DNA from: an endosymbiont of Galathealinum brachiosum
Lineage (GTDB): Bacteria > Pseudomonadota > Gammaproteobacteria > SZUA-229
NCBI GenBank assembly: GCA_003349885.1
Contig: QFXC01000011.1
Coordinates: forward strand, 517,355 to 581,354
Direction: 5' to 3'
Length of the DNA: 64,000 nucleotides
Shown: one piece after another, positions 47,687 through 58,115 of the stretch
How the letters are laid out: each line of letters begins with the position of its first letter
Position numbering within the stretch: the stretch's first letter is position 1
Translations under genes and position numbers: made by a program
The notes under the pieces: model-generated
The model's database searches: none
Told to the model about the DNA's origin: nothing
Seen by the model: only the letters and a program-made list of their open reading frames with translations

Positions 47687-48064
47687 CTATCTGTTTCTCA
47701 TAAAATCGGCGGTTTTATAGAATGCATCATATAAGATCTGTTTTAATTCGCTTTCAATGTTCATGTCAGTCATTGCTTGCTGTATACAGCTCATCCATTG
47801 GTCTCTCTCAATTTCTCCAATGACAAAAGAAATGTGGCGTTGACGAAGTCTGGGATGTCCGTATTTTTCTATATAGAGAGAGGGACCACCTAACCAGCCA
47901 GATAAAAACATAAACAGTTTTTTACGTGCTTCAGTTAAATCCGGGGCGTGTAATTCTCTTAATTCTGTCATATCTGACTTTTTGTCCATCAGGTCGTAAA
48001 AGCGGTCAACGAGTTCTCGTACTGATTTTTCTCCACCAAGGGACTCATAATGGGTGTTTTTCAT
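47687..48064 (-). CDS. group 2 truncated haemoglobin (trHbO/GlbO)
   Basis: 125 aa. LYERLGG-type N-terminal motif (HYESLGGEKSVRELVDRFYDLM) and proximal His in ...RQRHISFVIG. Confidence 0.75.
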   Translation of the reverse strand: MKNTHYESLGGEKSVRELVDRFYDLMDKKSDMTELRELHAPDLTEARKKLFMFLSGWLGGPSLYIEKYGHPRLRQRHISFVIGEIERDQWMSCIQQAMTDMNIESELKQILYDAFYKTADFMRNR

Positions 48065-48207
48065 AGCATTTTGTCAAATAAGTTCGAATATATGCATTCT
48101 ACACTAATCATAAAGCTCTAATATGCTGTATAATTTGCCACCCTTTTTGATTGGCCGGAACAACTGGCCCATTTGCAACTATTTTTGGCCAGGAGCTTGA
48201 AGCAAAC

Positions 48208-50031
48208 ATGAAATTACGTAATGTCGCAATAATTGCCCACGTTGACCACGGTAAAACTACTCTGGTTGATGAATTGTTAAAGCAGTCCGGCACAATAGAT
48301 GATAGCCGTGGAGACATGGATACCTGTGTTATGGATTCCAATGATCAGGAAAAAGAACGTGGTATTACTATCCTGTCAAAGAATACCGCTATTACCTGGA
48401 ACGATTTTCGTATCAATATCGTAGATACACCGGGTCACGCGGACTTTGGTGGTGAGGTTGAACGTGTACTTTCTATGGTTGACTCAGTATTACTACTGGT
48501 TGATGCACAGGAAGGTCCTATGCCTCAAACACGATTTGTTACGCAGAAAGCTTTCGACATGGGTTTCAAGCCAATTGTTGTTATCAATAAAGTAGATAAG
48601 CCTGCTGCACGCGTTGACTGGGCGTTAGATCAAACATTTGAACTGTTCGATCAGTTAGGTGCAACAGATGAGCAGTTAGACTTCCCTGTTATTTATGCAT
48701 CAGGTTTAGGTGGTTTTGCAAGTCTGGAAGATGACGTAATGGAAGGCGACATGACTCCGCTTCTTGAAGCAATTATTGAGCATGTGCCTGCTCCTGATGT
48801 TGATATTGATGCGCCTTTTCAGATGCAGGTCAGCTCACTGGATTACAACTCATATGTAGGTGTAATCGGAATAGGTCGTATTAAACAGGGTAAAATCAGA
48901 CGTAATCAGGCTTTGTCATTGATAGATAGTGAAGGCAATATCCGTAATGGTATTCGAATGCAGCAAATTTTAGGCTTCCATGGTCTTGAGCGTGTTGAAG
49001 TCGATGTGGCGCAGGCGGGTGATATCATTTGCTTTAATGGTATCGATAAGTTGAATATTTCAGACACAATCTGTGATCCTGAAAATATTGTTGCGATGCC
49101 TCCACTATCTGTAGATGAGCCTACATTAAGCATGACGTTCCAGGTGAATAATGGCCCGTTTGCTGGTCAGGATGGTAAATATGTTACATCGCGTAATATT
49201 TCAGATCGTTTAGATCAGGAACTAATTCACAATGTTGCTTTAAAAGTAGAGCCAGGTGAAACAGGTGATAAATTTAAAGTGTCAGGTCGTGGTGAATTGC
49301 ATTTATCTGTATTAATTGAATCAATGCGCCGTGAAGGTTTTGAGCTTTGTGTAGGTCGTCCTGAAGTGGTTATCAAGGAAGTTGATGGTAAGTTACAGGA
49401 GCCGTATGAAGCGTTGACGGTTGATGTGCCTGAGGATTCGCAGGGAACGATAATGGAAGCCCTGGGTATTCGTAAGGGTGAGCTGAAAGATATGGTGCCA
49501 GATGGCAAAGGCCGTGTTCGTTTAGATTATAAAATACCAACCCGTGGTTTAATCGGTTTCCGTACAGAATTCCTTACAGCGACACAGGGTAATGGTCTTA
49601 TGTATAACGTATTTGATAGTTATGGCCCTAAGCTGGATGTGATTATTGGTCAGCGTAGTAAAGGTGTGCTTATCTCAAATGGTACAGGTAAGGCACTTTC
49701 CTTCTCAATTTATAACCTGCAAGAACGTGGCAAGATGTTCCTTGAGCATGGTGATGAAGTTTATGAAGGTATGTTAGTTGGTATACATGCGCGTGATAAT
49801 GACCTGGTGGTTAACCCGCTTAAAGGTAAGCAGTTAACAAACGTACGTGCATCTGGTACAGATGAAGCATTGACTCTTGTTAAACCTATTCAAATGTCTT
49901 TAGAGCAGGCGCTTGAGTTCATCGATGATGATGAGCTGGTTGAGGTTACGCCTAATCATATCCGTAGCCGTAAGAAATTATTGACTGAAAATCTACGTAA
50001 ACAGAGTTCGCGTGGTATGAAAGTAAGTTAG
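48208..50031 (+). CDS. typA: ribosome-associated GTPase TypA/BipA
   Basis: MKLRNVAIIAHVDHGKTTL..., DTPGHADFGGEV, NKVDK. RBS AGGAGC sits 11 nt upstream of the ATG at 48208. The ORF-track start at 48151 is an upstream in-frame extension. Confidence 0.9.
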   Translation: MKLRNVAIIAHVDHGKTTLVDELLKQSGTIDDSRGDMDTCVMDSNDQEKERGITILSKNTAITWNDFRINIVDTPGHADFGGEVERVLSMVDSVLLLVDAQEGPMPQTRFVTQKAFDMGFKPIVVINKVDKPAARVDWALDQTFELFDQLGATDEQLDFPVIYASGLGGFASLEDDVMEGDMTPLLEAIIEHVPAPDVDIDAPFQMQVSSLDYNSYVGVIGIGRIKQGKIRRNQALSLIDSEGNIRNGIRMQQILGFHGLERVEVDVAQAGDIICFNGIDKLNISDTICDPENIVAMPPLSVDEPTLSMTFQVNNGPFAGQDGKYVTSRNISDRLDQELIHNVALKVEPGETGDKFKVSGRGELHLSVLIESMRREGFELCVGRPEVVIKEVDGKLQEPYEALTVDVPEDSQGTIMEALGIRKGELKDMVPDGKGRVRLDYKIPTRGLIGFRTEFLTATQGNGLMYNVFDSYGPKLDVIIGQRSKGVLISNGTGKALSFSIYNLQERGKMFLEHGDEVYEGMLVGIHARDNDLVVNPLKGKQLTNVRASGTDEALTLVKPIQMSLEQALEFIDDDELVEVTPNHIRSRKKLLTENLRKQSSRGMKVS

Positions 50032-50046
50032 TACAATACCTGTCTT

Positions 50047-50091
50047 CTGGAGAATGCTTCTTCACTTATGAAGTGCAGGAGCATTCTCCAG
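50047..50091 (+). terminator. long perfect hairpin after typA (terminator-like)
   Basis: ctggagaatgct ... agcattctccag forms a 12-bp perfect stem with an inner secondary stem. A T-run follows 8 nt downstream. Confidence 0.5.
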
Positions 50092-50195
50092 ATCACAATT
50101 TTTCTCCAGCTTGAGCGCTCTTCGTGCAAGCCCTGTCTATAACAGCTAAACTCCGGTAATCTAACAATAATTATCAGTAGTGGGTTTTAGTATCA

Positions 50196-51344
50196 GTGTC
50201 AGAAAATAATAAAGAAAATCAGGTCCTCGTTGTAGACGATTCCCGTGTGATTCGTCGTGCCGCAGTTAAAATTCTTCAGAAAGAGTTTGATGTAGTTGAA
50301 GCAGAAGATGGCGAAGACGCCTGGGATGAACTGCAGAAAAATTCAAATATATCCGTCGTATTCAGTGATCTGGGTATGCCTAATATGGATGGTTTTGAAT
50401 TATTAGAAAAAGTACGCAATGCTCAGGACCCTGTGCTGGCTAAAATGCCAATAATTATTATTACGGGGGCAGAAGAGTCTGATGGGACTAAAGAAGAAGT
50501 GCTGCGATTAGGTGCAACTGATTTTATCTCTAAACCGTTTGATTCTATCTCTTTAAAATCCAGAGCATCGGCTCATATAAATTATCGTAATGAAGTGAAG
50601 TCACTGGAAAAAGGTGCTGCACTTGATAAATTGACCGGTTTATTAACTGAGGCTTCTTTTCATCAGCAGGGAGAGCAGGCGCTTGCTTATGCCAAACGAC
50701 ATTGTACCGAATTTACACTAGTACGATTTGATATCGACCGTTTTGCTGATGTTTTTGTAAAGCACGGTAAAGATATTGCAGAACAGATATTAGCTAAAGT
50801 GGCTTCATTAATTAATGAAGGTAAACGCACAGAAGATATAGCCGCACGTCTGGGTGTGTCACGCTTTGCTTTGTTGCTACCCTGTTCGGATCCGCAGGGG
50901 GCGGAAGTCGTCGTTAGTCGAATTTGTCAGCGAGTATCACGATTAAAATTAAAAATGGGCAAAGATGTTTTTAATATACAGTTTAGTACCGGTATAACTT
51001 CACCTGTACTGGATGATACGGAAGTTGTTTTTTCAGATCTGTTCAAACAGGCAGAAATTGCATTACAAAAAGCAGTAACTGATGGCAGTGGAAAAATCGT
51101 TCGATATCAGAGCGGCGAAAGCAGCGTTACAGAAAATACACCAGAATCACTGTCTGTTAGCGAAACAGAGGTTGATCTTGAAGATATTGTGATAAAACTG
51201 GCCAGAGAAGACGCTAGCGTAACTGATGAGCAACTGGCTTCAGCAATGCGAAAAATGCTGCCATTAATTGCGCACGCAGATAGCCGGCTTAAGCTGGGTT
51301 TAAGTAAGGTAATACTGCATCTTAAAAAGCGACTACACCATTAA
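50196..51344 (+). CDS. response regulator: REC domain + degenerate GGDEF domain retaining I-site (likely c-di-GMP receptor, PopA/PelD-like)
   Basis: REC motifs (VVDDS..., phospho-acceptor in VFSDLGMPNMDG). The GGDEF domain reads DKLTGLL...RFDIDRF...RTEDIAARLGVSRFALLL, i.e. the RxxD I-site is present but GG(D/E)EF is replaced by GVSRF. GTG start. Confidence 0.65.
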   Translation: MSENNKENQVLVVDDSRVIRRAAVKILQKEFDVVEAEDGEDAWDELQKNSNISVVFSDLGMPNMDGFELLEKVRNAQDPVLAKMPIIIITGAEESDGTKEEVLRLGATDFISKPFDSISLKSRASAHINYRNEVKSLEKGAALDKLTGLLTEASFHQQGEQALAYAKRHCTEFTLVRFDIDRFADVFVKHGKDIAEQILAKVASLINEGKRTEDIAARLGVSRFALLLPCSDPQGAEVVVSRICQRVSRLKLKMGKDVFNIQFSTGITSPVLDDTEVVFSDLFKQAEIALQKAVTDGSGKIVRYQSGESSVTENTPESLSVSETEVDLEDIVIKLAREDASVTDEQLASAMRKMLPLIAHADSRLKLGLSKVILHLKKRLHH

Positions 51345-51479
51345 CTTGTGATGACAACAGTTGGTTAATAGTCGTTATATTAAAAAGGTATTTTTAGCAG
51401 AATTCGATAATATTTACAGCGATATTACTGGCCTTTAGGTACAATAGAGTCTTTTAAATTATCAGGATTTTACTGTTCC

Positions 51480-53777
51480 ATGCTGTCTATCTCACAACGT
51501 ATTGCCGAAGAATTATCCGTTAACGAAAAGCAGGTTATTGCTGCAGTTGAGTTACTGGATGAAGGCTCAACAGTTCCATTTATCTCTCGTTACAGAAAAG
51601 AAGTTACAGGTGGCCTGGATGATTCGCAGTTGCGGATGCTTGATGATAGATTGCGATATTTGCGTGAGCTTGACGATCGACGGGAAGCAATATTAAAAAA
51701 CATAGATGAACAGGAAAAACTCACACCAGAATTAAAAGCCTCAATTATGCAGGCTGATACAAAAAACCGACTAGAAGATTTATATTTGCCATACAAGCAA
51801 AAACGTCGTACTAAAGCACAGATTGCAAGAGAATCAGGTCTGAAGCCATTGGCTATTACTTTATTCGAAGACCCCTCATTACAGCCAGAAACAGAAGCTG
51901 AAAAATATATTGATGAAGAAAAAGCAGTACCTGATATAAAAGCAGCGCTTGATGGTGCACGACAAATTTTAATGGAACAGTTTGCTGAAGAAGCTGATTT
52001 GTTACAAAATTTACGCGAATATCTGTGGCAGCAAGGTATTATTGAATCAAGTGTAATAGCTGGAAAAGAAATTGAAGGTGCAAAGTTTTCAGATTATTTT
52101 GAATACGAAGAAGCAGTAGAAAAAATCCCATCACATCGTGCTCTTGCATTATTCCGTGGCCGTAATGAATCAATATTACAAATGAATTTAAAAGTGCCAA
52201 ATGAAGATGAGCTGGATACCCATCCTTGTGAAGCTAAAATTACAAATTATTTTAATATTGAAAATCAGGGTAGAGCAGCTGATAAATGGTTGCAGGATAC
52301 CGTTCGCTGGGCGTGGAAAATAAAAATATTTAGTCATCTTGATGTTGAGTTAAAGATGAAGCTTAAAGAGGCGGCCGAAGAAGAAGCTATTAAAGTATTT
52401 GCTTCAAATTTAAATGATTTATTACTGGCAGCACCAGCAGGACCAAAAGCAACCCTTGGTCTTGATCCTGGCTTACGTACAGGCGTTAAAGTTGCTGTTG
52501 TTAATGAAACTGGGAAACTTGTTGATTACGCAACAATATATCCTCATGTACCAAAAAATCAGTGGGATCAATCTGTTGCGACATTAGCTGCATTATGCAA
52601 AAAACATAATGTAAAACTAATTAGTATTGGTAATGGAACCGCATCTCGCGAAACAGATAAATTAGCAAAAGAGCTGATAAGTAAATATCCTGAACTTAAA
52701 ATGACTGCACTTGTTGTGTCTGAAGCAGGTGCTTCTGTTTATTCTGCATCAGAATTAGCGTCAAAAGAATTTCCTGATATAGATGTTTCAATTCGTGGTG
52801 CTGTTTCAATTGCCAGGCGCCTGCAGGATCCATTGGCGGAACTGGTTAAAATTGAACCTAAAGCAATTGGTGTAGGGCAATATCAACATGATGTCAGCCA
52901 GGTAAGGTTAGCGCGTCAACTAGATGCCGTGATAGAAGACTGTGTGAATGCAGTAGGCGTTGATATTAATATGGCTTCAGTCCCATTGTTAACGCAGGTG
53001 TCAGGTTTGAGTGTATCTATGGCTGAAAATATTGTTCAGTTCCGTGATGAAAATGGAGCGTTTAAAAACAGGAAGCAATTATTAAATGTGCCACGGTTAG
53101 GACCTAAAGCGTTTGAGCAATCAGCTGGTTTTTTACGCATATCTAAAGGTGACAATCCATTGGATAGTTCTTCTGTTCATCCAGAAGCGTATCCTCTGGT
53201 AGAAAAAATAGTTGAACAATCCGGCAAATCTATTAATGCCATTATTGGTGACACAAGTTTTCTTAAAAAATTAAGTGCTAATGATTTTGTTGACGATAAC
53301 TTTGGTTTGCCGACTGTTGTTGATGTTATTGGCGAAATGGAAAAACCGGGAAGAGATCCGCGTCCAGAATTTAAAACAGCCGAGTTTAAAGATGGTGTTG
53401 AAGAGATAAAAGACTTAACCGCAGATATGATTCTTGAAGGTGTTGTGACAAATGTGACAAACTTTGGTGCATTTATAGATGTCGGTGTACATCAGGATGG
53501 TCTGGTTCATATTTCAGCATTGTCAAATACCTTTGTAAAAGATCCACGTGAAGTTGTTAAAACAGGTGATGTGGTTAAAGTGAAAGTGATGGAAGTTGAT
53601 GTACAGCGTAAGCGTATAGCTTTAAGCATGAGACTGGATGATGATAGCCGTGATCAGGTTAAAGATATGTCTCGTGAAAAGAAACGTCCGCAAAAATCAA
53701 GACCACAAAATCAGTCTGCAAATAGTATGGGTAATTCAGCTATGGCTGATGCATTAGCTCAGGCGTTTAAAAAATAG
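51480..53777 (+). CDS. tex: transcription accessory protein Tex (YqgF/HhH/S1 domains)
   Basis: 765 aa. [42 protein letters not shown]-terminus and a C-terminal S1 domain. Confidence 0.9.
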   Translation: MLSISQRIAEELSVNEKQVIAAVELLDEGSTVPFISRYRKEVTGGLDDSQLRMLDDRLRYLRELDDRREAILKNIDEQEKLTPELKASIMQADTKNRLEDLYLPYKQKRRTKAQIARESGLKPLAITLFEDPSLQPETEAEKYIDEEKAVPDIKAALDGARQILMEQFAEEADLLQNLREYLWQQGIIESSVIAGKEIEGAKFSDYFEYEEAVEKIPSHRALALFRGRNESILQMNLKVPNEDELDTHPCEAKITNYFNIENQGRAADKWLQDTVRWAWKIKIFSHLDVELKMKLKEAAEEEAIKVFASNLNDLLLAAPAGPKATLGLDPGLRTGVKVAVVNETGKLVDYATIYPHVPKNQWDQSVATLAALCKKHNVKLISIGNGTASRETDKLAKELISKYPELKMTALVVSEAGASVYSASELASKEFPDIDVSIRGAVSIARRLQDPLAELVKIEPKAIGVGQYQHDVSQVRLARQLDAVIEDCVNAVGVDINMASVPLLTQVSGLSVSMAENIVQFRDENGAFKNRKQLLNVPRLGPKAFEQSAGFLRISKGDNPLDSSSVHPEAYPLVEKIVEQSGKSINAIIGDTSFLKKLSANDFVDDNFGLPTVVDVIGEMEKPGRDPRPEFKTAEFKDGVEEIKDLTADMILEGVVTNVTNFGAFIDVGVHQDGLVHISALSNTFVKDPREVVKTGDVVKVKVMEVDVQRKRIALSMRLDDDSRDQVKDMSREKKRPQKSRPQNQSANSMGNSAMADALAQAFKK

Positions 53778-53901
53778 TCGTAAGTCTTTGTCGTGAGTCA
53801 TAAGTTTAACTGTCAGGCCAGGTTTAATTTTTGATTGTGACTTAAGGTTTATGACTTGTTAAGGTGCTTATAAATAAGCAGAAACTAAAAAGAAAAAACG
53901 A

Positions 53902-55809
53902 ATGTTAACCCTCTCAAATCTCGCAATTCGTCGTGGAACAAAAGTTTTGTTCGAGCAGGCTAGTTTTAAAATACATCGTGGTAATCGCGTTGGTATTACA
54001 GGTGCCAATGGCTGCGGTAAATCTAGTTTGTTTGCGTTAATTTTGAAGCAGATTCACAGTGATGCGGGTGATTTAACAATACCTCAAAAAACGATCATTG
54101 CTCATGTGGCACAAGAAACACCGGCAACACAGAAGAGCGCTATAGATTACGCACTGGATGGTGACGTTGAGCTAAGAAATATTCAGCAACAATTAGCAGA
54201 AGCAGAAAATATTGATGATGGTGCAGCTCAGGCTGAGTGTCATAGTCGTCTGGAAGAGATTAATGCTTATACTGCTGAGTCGCGTGCGGGCAAATTATTG
54301 TTAGGTTTAAGTTTTACAACTGAGCAGTTAACTAATCCCGTTAGTAGCTTTTCTGGGGGCTGGCGTATGCGTTTGAATCTTGCGCAAGCACTTATGTGTC
54401 GGTCTGATTTGTTGCTACTGGATGAACCTACCAATCATCTCGATTTAGATGCGGTTATCTGGTTAGAGCAATGGTTGTTAAATTATACCGGAACCATGTT
54501 ATTGATTTCTCACGATCGTGATTTTCTTGATAAGGTGACCAGCCATATTGTTCACATTGAGCAGCAATCTGTAAATCTTTATACGGGTAATTACAGTGCA
54601 TTTGAAAAATTGCGTGCTGAAAAACTCGCGTTACAAAAATCTCAATATGATAAACAACAACGAGAAATAGCACATATAGAAAGTTTTATACGTCGATTTA
54701 AAGCTAAAGCCAGTAAAGCAAAACAGGCACAGGGACGGGTAAAAGCACTGGAAAGAATGGAAATGATTTCAGCTGCGCATATAGATTCGCCCTTTAATTT
54801 TTCATTTTTTAAACCTGAGAAATTACCTCATCCGTTAATGACACTAGATGATATTAACGTTGGATATGGGGATGTTGAAATATTGAAAGGTGCCAGTTTG
54901 AGTTTGCTACCCGGTGATAGAATTGCATTGTTGGGTCATAATGGTGCTGGTAAGTCGACTTTAATAAAATTGTTAGCTGGAGAGCTTCAGCCGCAGAAAG
55001 GTGAATTTGAGCAATCTTCTGAATTAAAAATAGGGTATTTTGCGCAGCACCAGCTAGAGCAACTTGATTTAGAAGCCAGTGCCCTGTTGCATTTGCAACG
55101 TTTAGATTCAAAATTAACGGAGCAACAAATTCGTAGTTATCTAGGTGGTTTTGATTTTCACGGTGATAGAGTGCTTGAATCAGTTGGGCCATTTTCTGGT
55201 GGTGAAAAGGCTCGATTAGTATTGGCATTACTTATTTACCAGAAACCCAATATATTATTACTGGATGAGCCAACCAACCATTTAGATCTTGAAATGCGGC
55301 ATGCTTTATCGCTTGCTTTGCAGGAATATGAAGGCGCTATGGTTCTGGTATCTCATGATCGCCATTTATTACGTGCCGTTACTGATCAGTTTCTACTGGT
55401 TGATGAGGGTAAAGTTAAGGTATTTAATGACGATCTGGATGCATATAGGAACTGGTTATTACAGCCAAAAACAAGTATTGAAAATGAGTTAGATTCTAGT
55501 AATGAGCCAAAGGCAGTTAATAAAAAAACTCAGAGACAACAGTTGGCAGACCAGCGCAAGTTGTTGAATCCTTTGACAAAAGAGATCAAGTCGTTAGAAA
55601 AAGCAATGGGGTCTATTGAGCAGGAAATAGAAACGATTGAAGTTGAATTATCAAAGCCTGAAATGTATGAGGCAGAAAATCGTGAACAAATGGAGCAGTT
55701 ATCAAAACACAGAGGTGATCTGAGTAACAAACTCGAAGAAATAGAAGAAAACTGGCTGCTTAAAAGTGAAGAGTTAACCCTGTTAACATCTCAGCAGACA
55801 TCTGAATAA
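53902..55809 (+). CDS. yheS: ABC-F family ATPase (YheS-like, two ABC cassettes + C-terminal coiled coil)
   Basis: 635 aa. Two Walker A boxes (GANGCGKSS, GHNGAGKST) and two signature motifs (FSGGWRMRL, FSGGEKARL). Closely matches E. coli YheS along its length. Confidence 0.8.
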   Translation: MLTLSNLAIRRGTKVLFEQASFKIHRGNRVGITGANGCGKSSLFALILKQIHSDAGDLTIPQKTIIAHVAQETPATQKSAIDYALDGDVELRNIQQQLAEAENIDDGAAQAECHSRLEEINAYTAESRAGKLLLGLSFTTEQLTNPVSSFSGGWRMRLNLAQALMCRSDLLLLDEPTNHLDLDAVIWLEQWLLNYTGTMLLISHDRDFLDKVTSHIVHIEQQSVNLYTGNYSAFEKLRAEKLALQKSQYDKQQREIAHIESFIRRFKAKASKAKQAQGRVKALERMEMISAAHIDSPFNFSFFKPEKLPHPLMTLDDINVGYGDVEILKGASLSLLPGDRIALLGHNGAGKSTLIKLLAGELQPQKGEFEQSSELKIGYFAQHQLEQLDLEASALLHLQRLDSKLTEQQIRSYLGGFDFHGDRVLESVGPFSGGEKARLVLALLIYQKPNILLLDEPTNHLDLEMRHALSLALQEYEGAMVLVSHDRHLLRAVTDQFLLVDEGKVKVFNDDLDAYRNWLLQPKTSIENELDSSNEPKAVNKKTQRQQLADQRKLLNPLTKEIKSLEKAMGSIEQEIETIEVELSKPEMYEAENREQMEQLSKHRGDLSNKLEEIEENWLLKSEELTLLTSQQTSE

Positions 55810-55961
55810 TTAGTGAAACTGCAAGTTTCAGTGTTCTTACTGTCTTTTAGCACAGGAAATAGCCCGTTAGTCAGAATAGTGGAAAGCTGAAAAAGTAATT
55901 CTCTATAATAAATGTATATTCCCGGCACCCAATAGACATGGTCTTAATGGGGGAGAGCTAA

Positions 55962-57119
55962 ATGTCTAAAAATAATTCAGTACATCAACTGGAAGCTATC
56001 GGTGCTAGTGCGCTGGCGAGTTTCTTTGTCAATTTTTCTTCATCACAACAGCAAATAGAGCAATCGCTATTAATGCTGGAAATGTCACCACAAGATGATG
56101 AATTAATTCAGGAGTTACAGCAGGGTGTTGAGTTAATTCAGCAGTCATTGAAAGACGTCGGTCTTGAAAAAATTGAACCTTTAACAGTTAGTTTGAATGG
56201 TCTGCTTCAGCAAATAAAATTAAAAAATCTGACATTTGAATCAATGTTAAGTGATTTGATATTGGTAGCCATTGATGACATTAAAATTATAATGGAAAAA
56301 ATGATTGATGCTGAAGATCGCTGTGTGATAGTGACACGAATGCCAAGAATTTGTGAAAGCATAGATGCCATTAGTACAGCGGATGAGCTCAGTAGAAACG
56401 CAGTAATTAAGGATGCTTTATTATTGCTCGATCCAAGTATGGAAATTATTGAAACGAATATTTCTCATAATGATTCATTGGTAAATCTATTTTCTAAAGA
56501 GACGCCAGATGTAGAAGAGCTTGCAGCATATGGAGTTGAGGAAAGTGATGATTTTATTTTCTTTCGAGCGTTGTCTGAACCTTTAGAAACGCGAGCCAAT
56601 TACTGGAGTGGGCGGGTTCATCGTATGTTACGCCTGGCTCTTAAAATGAATGACCATGCAGGCCGGCCAGTAAACCCCAACCAGCTTGCTGCTGCAATCT
56701 ATATGCACGATGCAGGCATGGCTTTGTTGCCTTTAGAAGTTATTAATTGTGAAGATGAATTAACAGAAGGGCAACGAGTGCAGATTCAACAGCATCCTAT
56801 TGTTGGTTATGAATTAATGCGATACATGAAAACCTGGCGTGAAGCGTCATTTATTGTATTGCAGCATCATGAACAGGTTGATGGTTGCGGTTACCCTTAT
56901 GGTTTGAGTGATAATGATATATGTGATGGTGCAAAAATACTGGCTATAGTTGATGCGGTAGATGCGAGAACACATGAACGTGTACATGCTACATTATTAA
57001 AAAGACCATTGCTTCGAGCCGCTATAGAGCTTGGGCAAAATGAAGGAACCCAGTTTAGTGAAAAATGGGTGACAGTTTTTAAAGCTGTATTTCAGGAATT
57101 AAGGAAGCTAAAAACCTGA
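55962..57119 (+). CDS. cytoplasmic HD-GYP domain phosphodiesterase with N-terminal uncharacterised domain
   Basis: IYMHDAGMALLP (HD) and HHEQVDGCGYPYG (GYP). Confidence 0.7.
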   Translation: MSKNNSVHQLEAIGASALASFFVNFSSSQQQIEQSLLMLEMSPQDDELIQELQQGVELIQQSLKDVGLEKIEPLTVSLNGLLQQIKLKNLTFESMLSDLILVAIDDIKIIMEKMIDAEDRCVIVTRMPRICESIDAISTADELSRNAVIKDALLLLDPSMEIIETNISHNDSLVNLFSKETPDVEELAAYGVEESDDFIFFRALSEPLETRANYWSGRVHRMLRLALKMNDHAGRPVNPNQLAAAIYMHDAGMALLPLEVINCEDELTEGQRVQIQQHPIVGYELMRYMKTWREASFIVLQHHEQVDGCGYPYGLSDNDICDGAKILAIVDAVDARTHERVHATLLKRPLLRAAIELGQNEGTQFSEKWVTVFKAVFQELRKLKT

Positions 57120-57193
57120 TTATAGTTTTATGTATAGCTATTTTTAGAGTTAATAGACCTGACAATTACAGAAACATACTTTAATAGCATTAA

Positions 57194-57655
57194 ATGCTGA
57201 AACAATTAAATATGAAAGAATTAAAACAACTAGAATTAGAAAGTCTTAATCATCTTTCTCCTCAGGAAGCGGTGGATATCCTCGAGCAGAAATCAAGTGC
57301 ATTGCTGATTGATATTCGATCTAATATGGAATTTTTATTTGTTGGGCACCCTAAGGGCGCGTTACATGTTCCGTGGATTGATGAACCTGATTGGTGTGTT
57401 AATCCTTATTTTGAAAAAGAAATACGCCAGTTAATGTTAGGTGGTATTTGTGATCAGGGTGAAAGTACTCCCCCTATTATCTTGATTTGCCGTAGTGGGA
57501 AGCGTTCAATTGATGCAGGTAATGTTCTTCTTGAAGCGGGCTTTCATAATGTATGTCATATTACTGAAGGTTTTGAAGGTGATAGAGATTCTGAATATCA
57601 TAGAAGTTCAACTGGTGGCTGGAGATACAGAGGTTTTCCGTGGGAACAGTGTTAA
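57194..57655 (+). CDS. rhodanese-domain sulfurtransferase
   Basis: Active-site loop ICRSGKRS (Cys-Arg-x-Gly-x-Arg). ~150 aa. Confidence 0.65.
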   Translation: MLKQLNMKELKQLELESLNHLSPQEAVDILEQKSSALLIDIRSNMEFLFVGHPKGALHVPWIDEPDWCVNPYFEKEIRQLMLGGICDQGESTPPIILICRSGKRSIDAGNVLLEAGFHNVCHITEGFEGDRDSEYHRSSTGGWRYRGFPWEQC

Positions 57656-57709
57656 TCGATAGAAACTAATCAGTAATAATAAATTAAATAACCAAAAATT
57701 AATTTTAAA

Positions 57710-58108
57710 ATGACTAAAACAACTAAAACTAAAGAACAATGGAAAAAACAGCTCGATGAAGAAACTTATCGAGTGGCACGTGAGCAGGGAACAGAAGCTC
57801 CGTTTAGTGGAGCGTATTACGAAAATAAAGAAACAGGAACCTATAATTGTATCTGTTGTAATGCGCCATTATTTACTTCCCATGAAAAATATGACTCAGG
57901 AAGTGGCTGGCCAAGTTTCTGGCAGCCGGTTAGTGACTCAAGTATAACTGAAATACGAGATGTTTCGCTGGGTATAGAACGTGTAGAGGTCAGATGTGCA
58001 GAATGTGACGCACACCTTGGTCATGTATTTGAGGATGGCCCAAGGCCAACTGGCTTGCGCTACTGTATAAATTCGGTGTGTATGGATTTTAAGTCAGAGA
58101 AAGAATAG
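57710..58108 (+). CDS. msrB: peptide-methionine (R)-S-oxide reductase MsrB
   Basis: Two CxxC pairs (CICC...; [16 protein letters not shown]) and the RYCINS catalytic Cys motif. Confidence 0.9.
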   Translation: MTKTTKTKEQWKKQLDEETYRVAREQGTEAPFSGAYYENKETGTYNCICCNAPLFTSHEKYDSGSGWPSFWQPVSDSSITEIRDVSLGIERVEVRCAECDAHLGHVFEDGPRPTGLRYCINSVCMDFKSEKE

Positions 58109-58115
58109 AAGAAAA

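Noticed and set aside
48151-48207. Upstream in-frame extension of typA given in the ORF track (MAGTTGPFATIFGQELEAN)
   Set aside because: BipA/TypA proteins begin at the MKLRN... position, and a good RBS (AGGAGC) precedes the ATG at 48208. The extension is untranslated leader.
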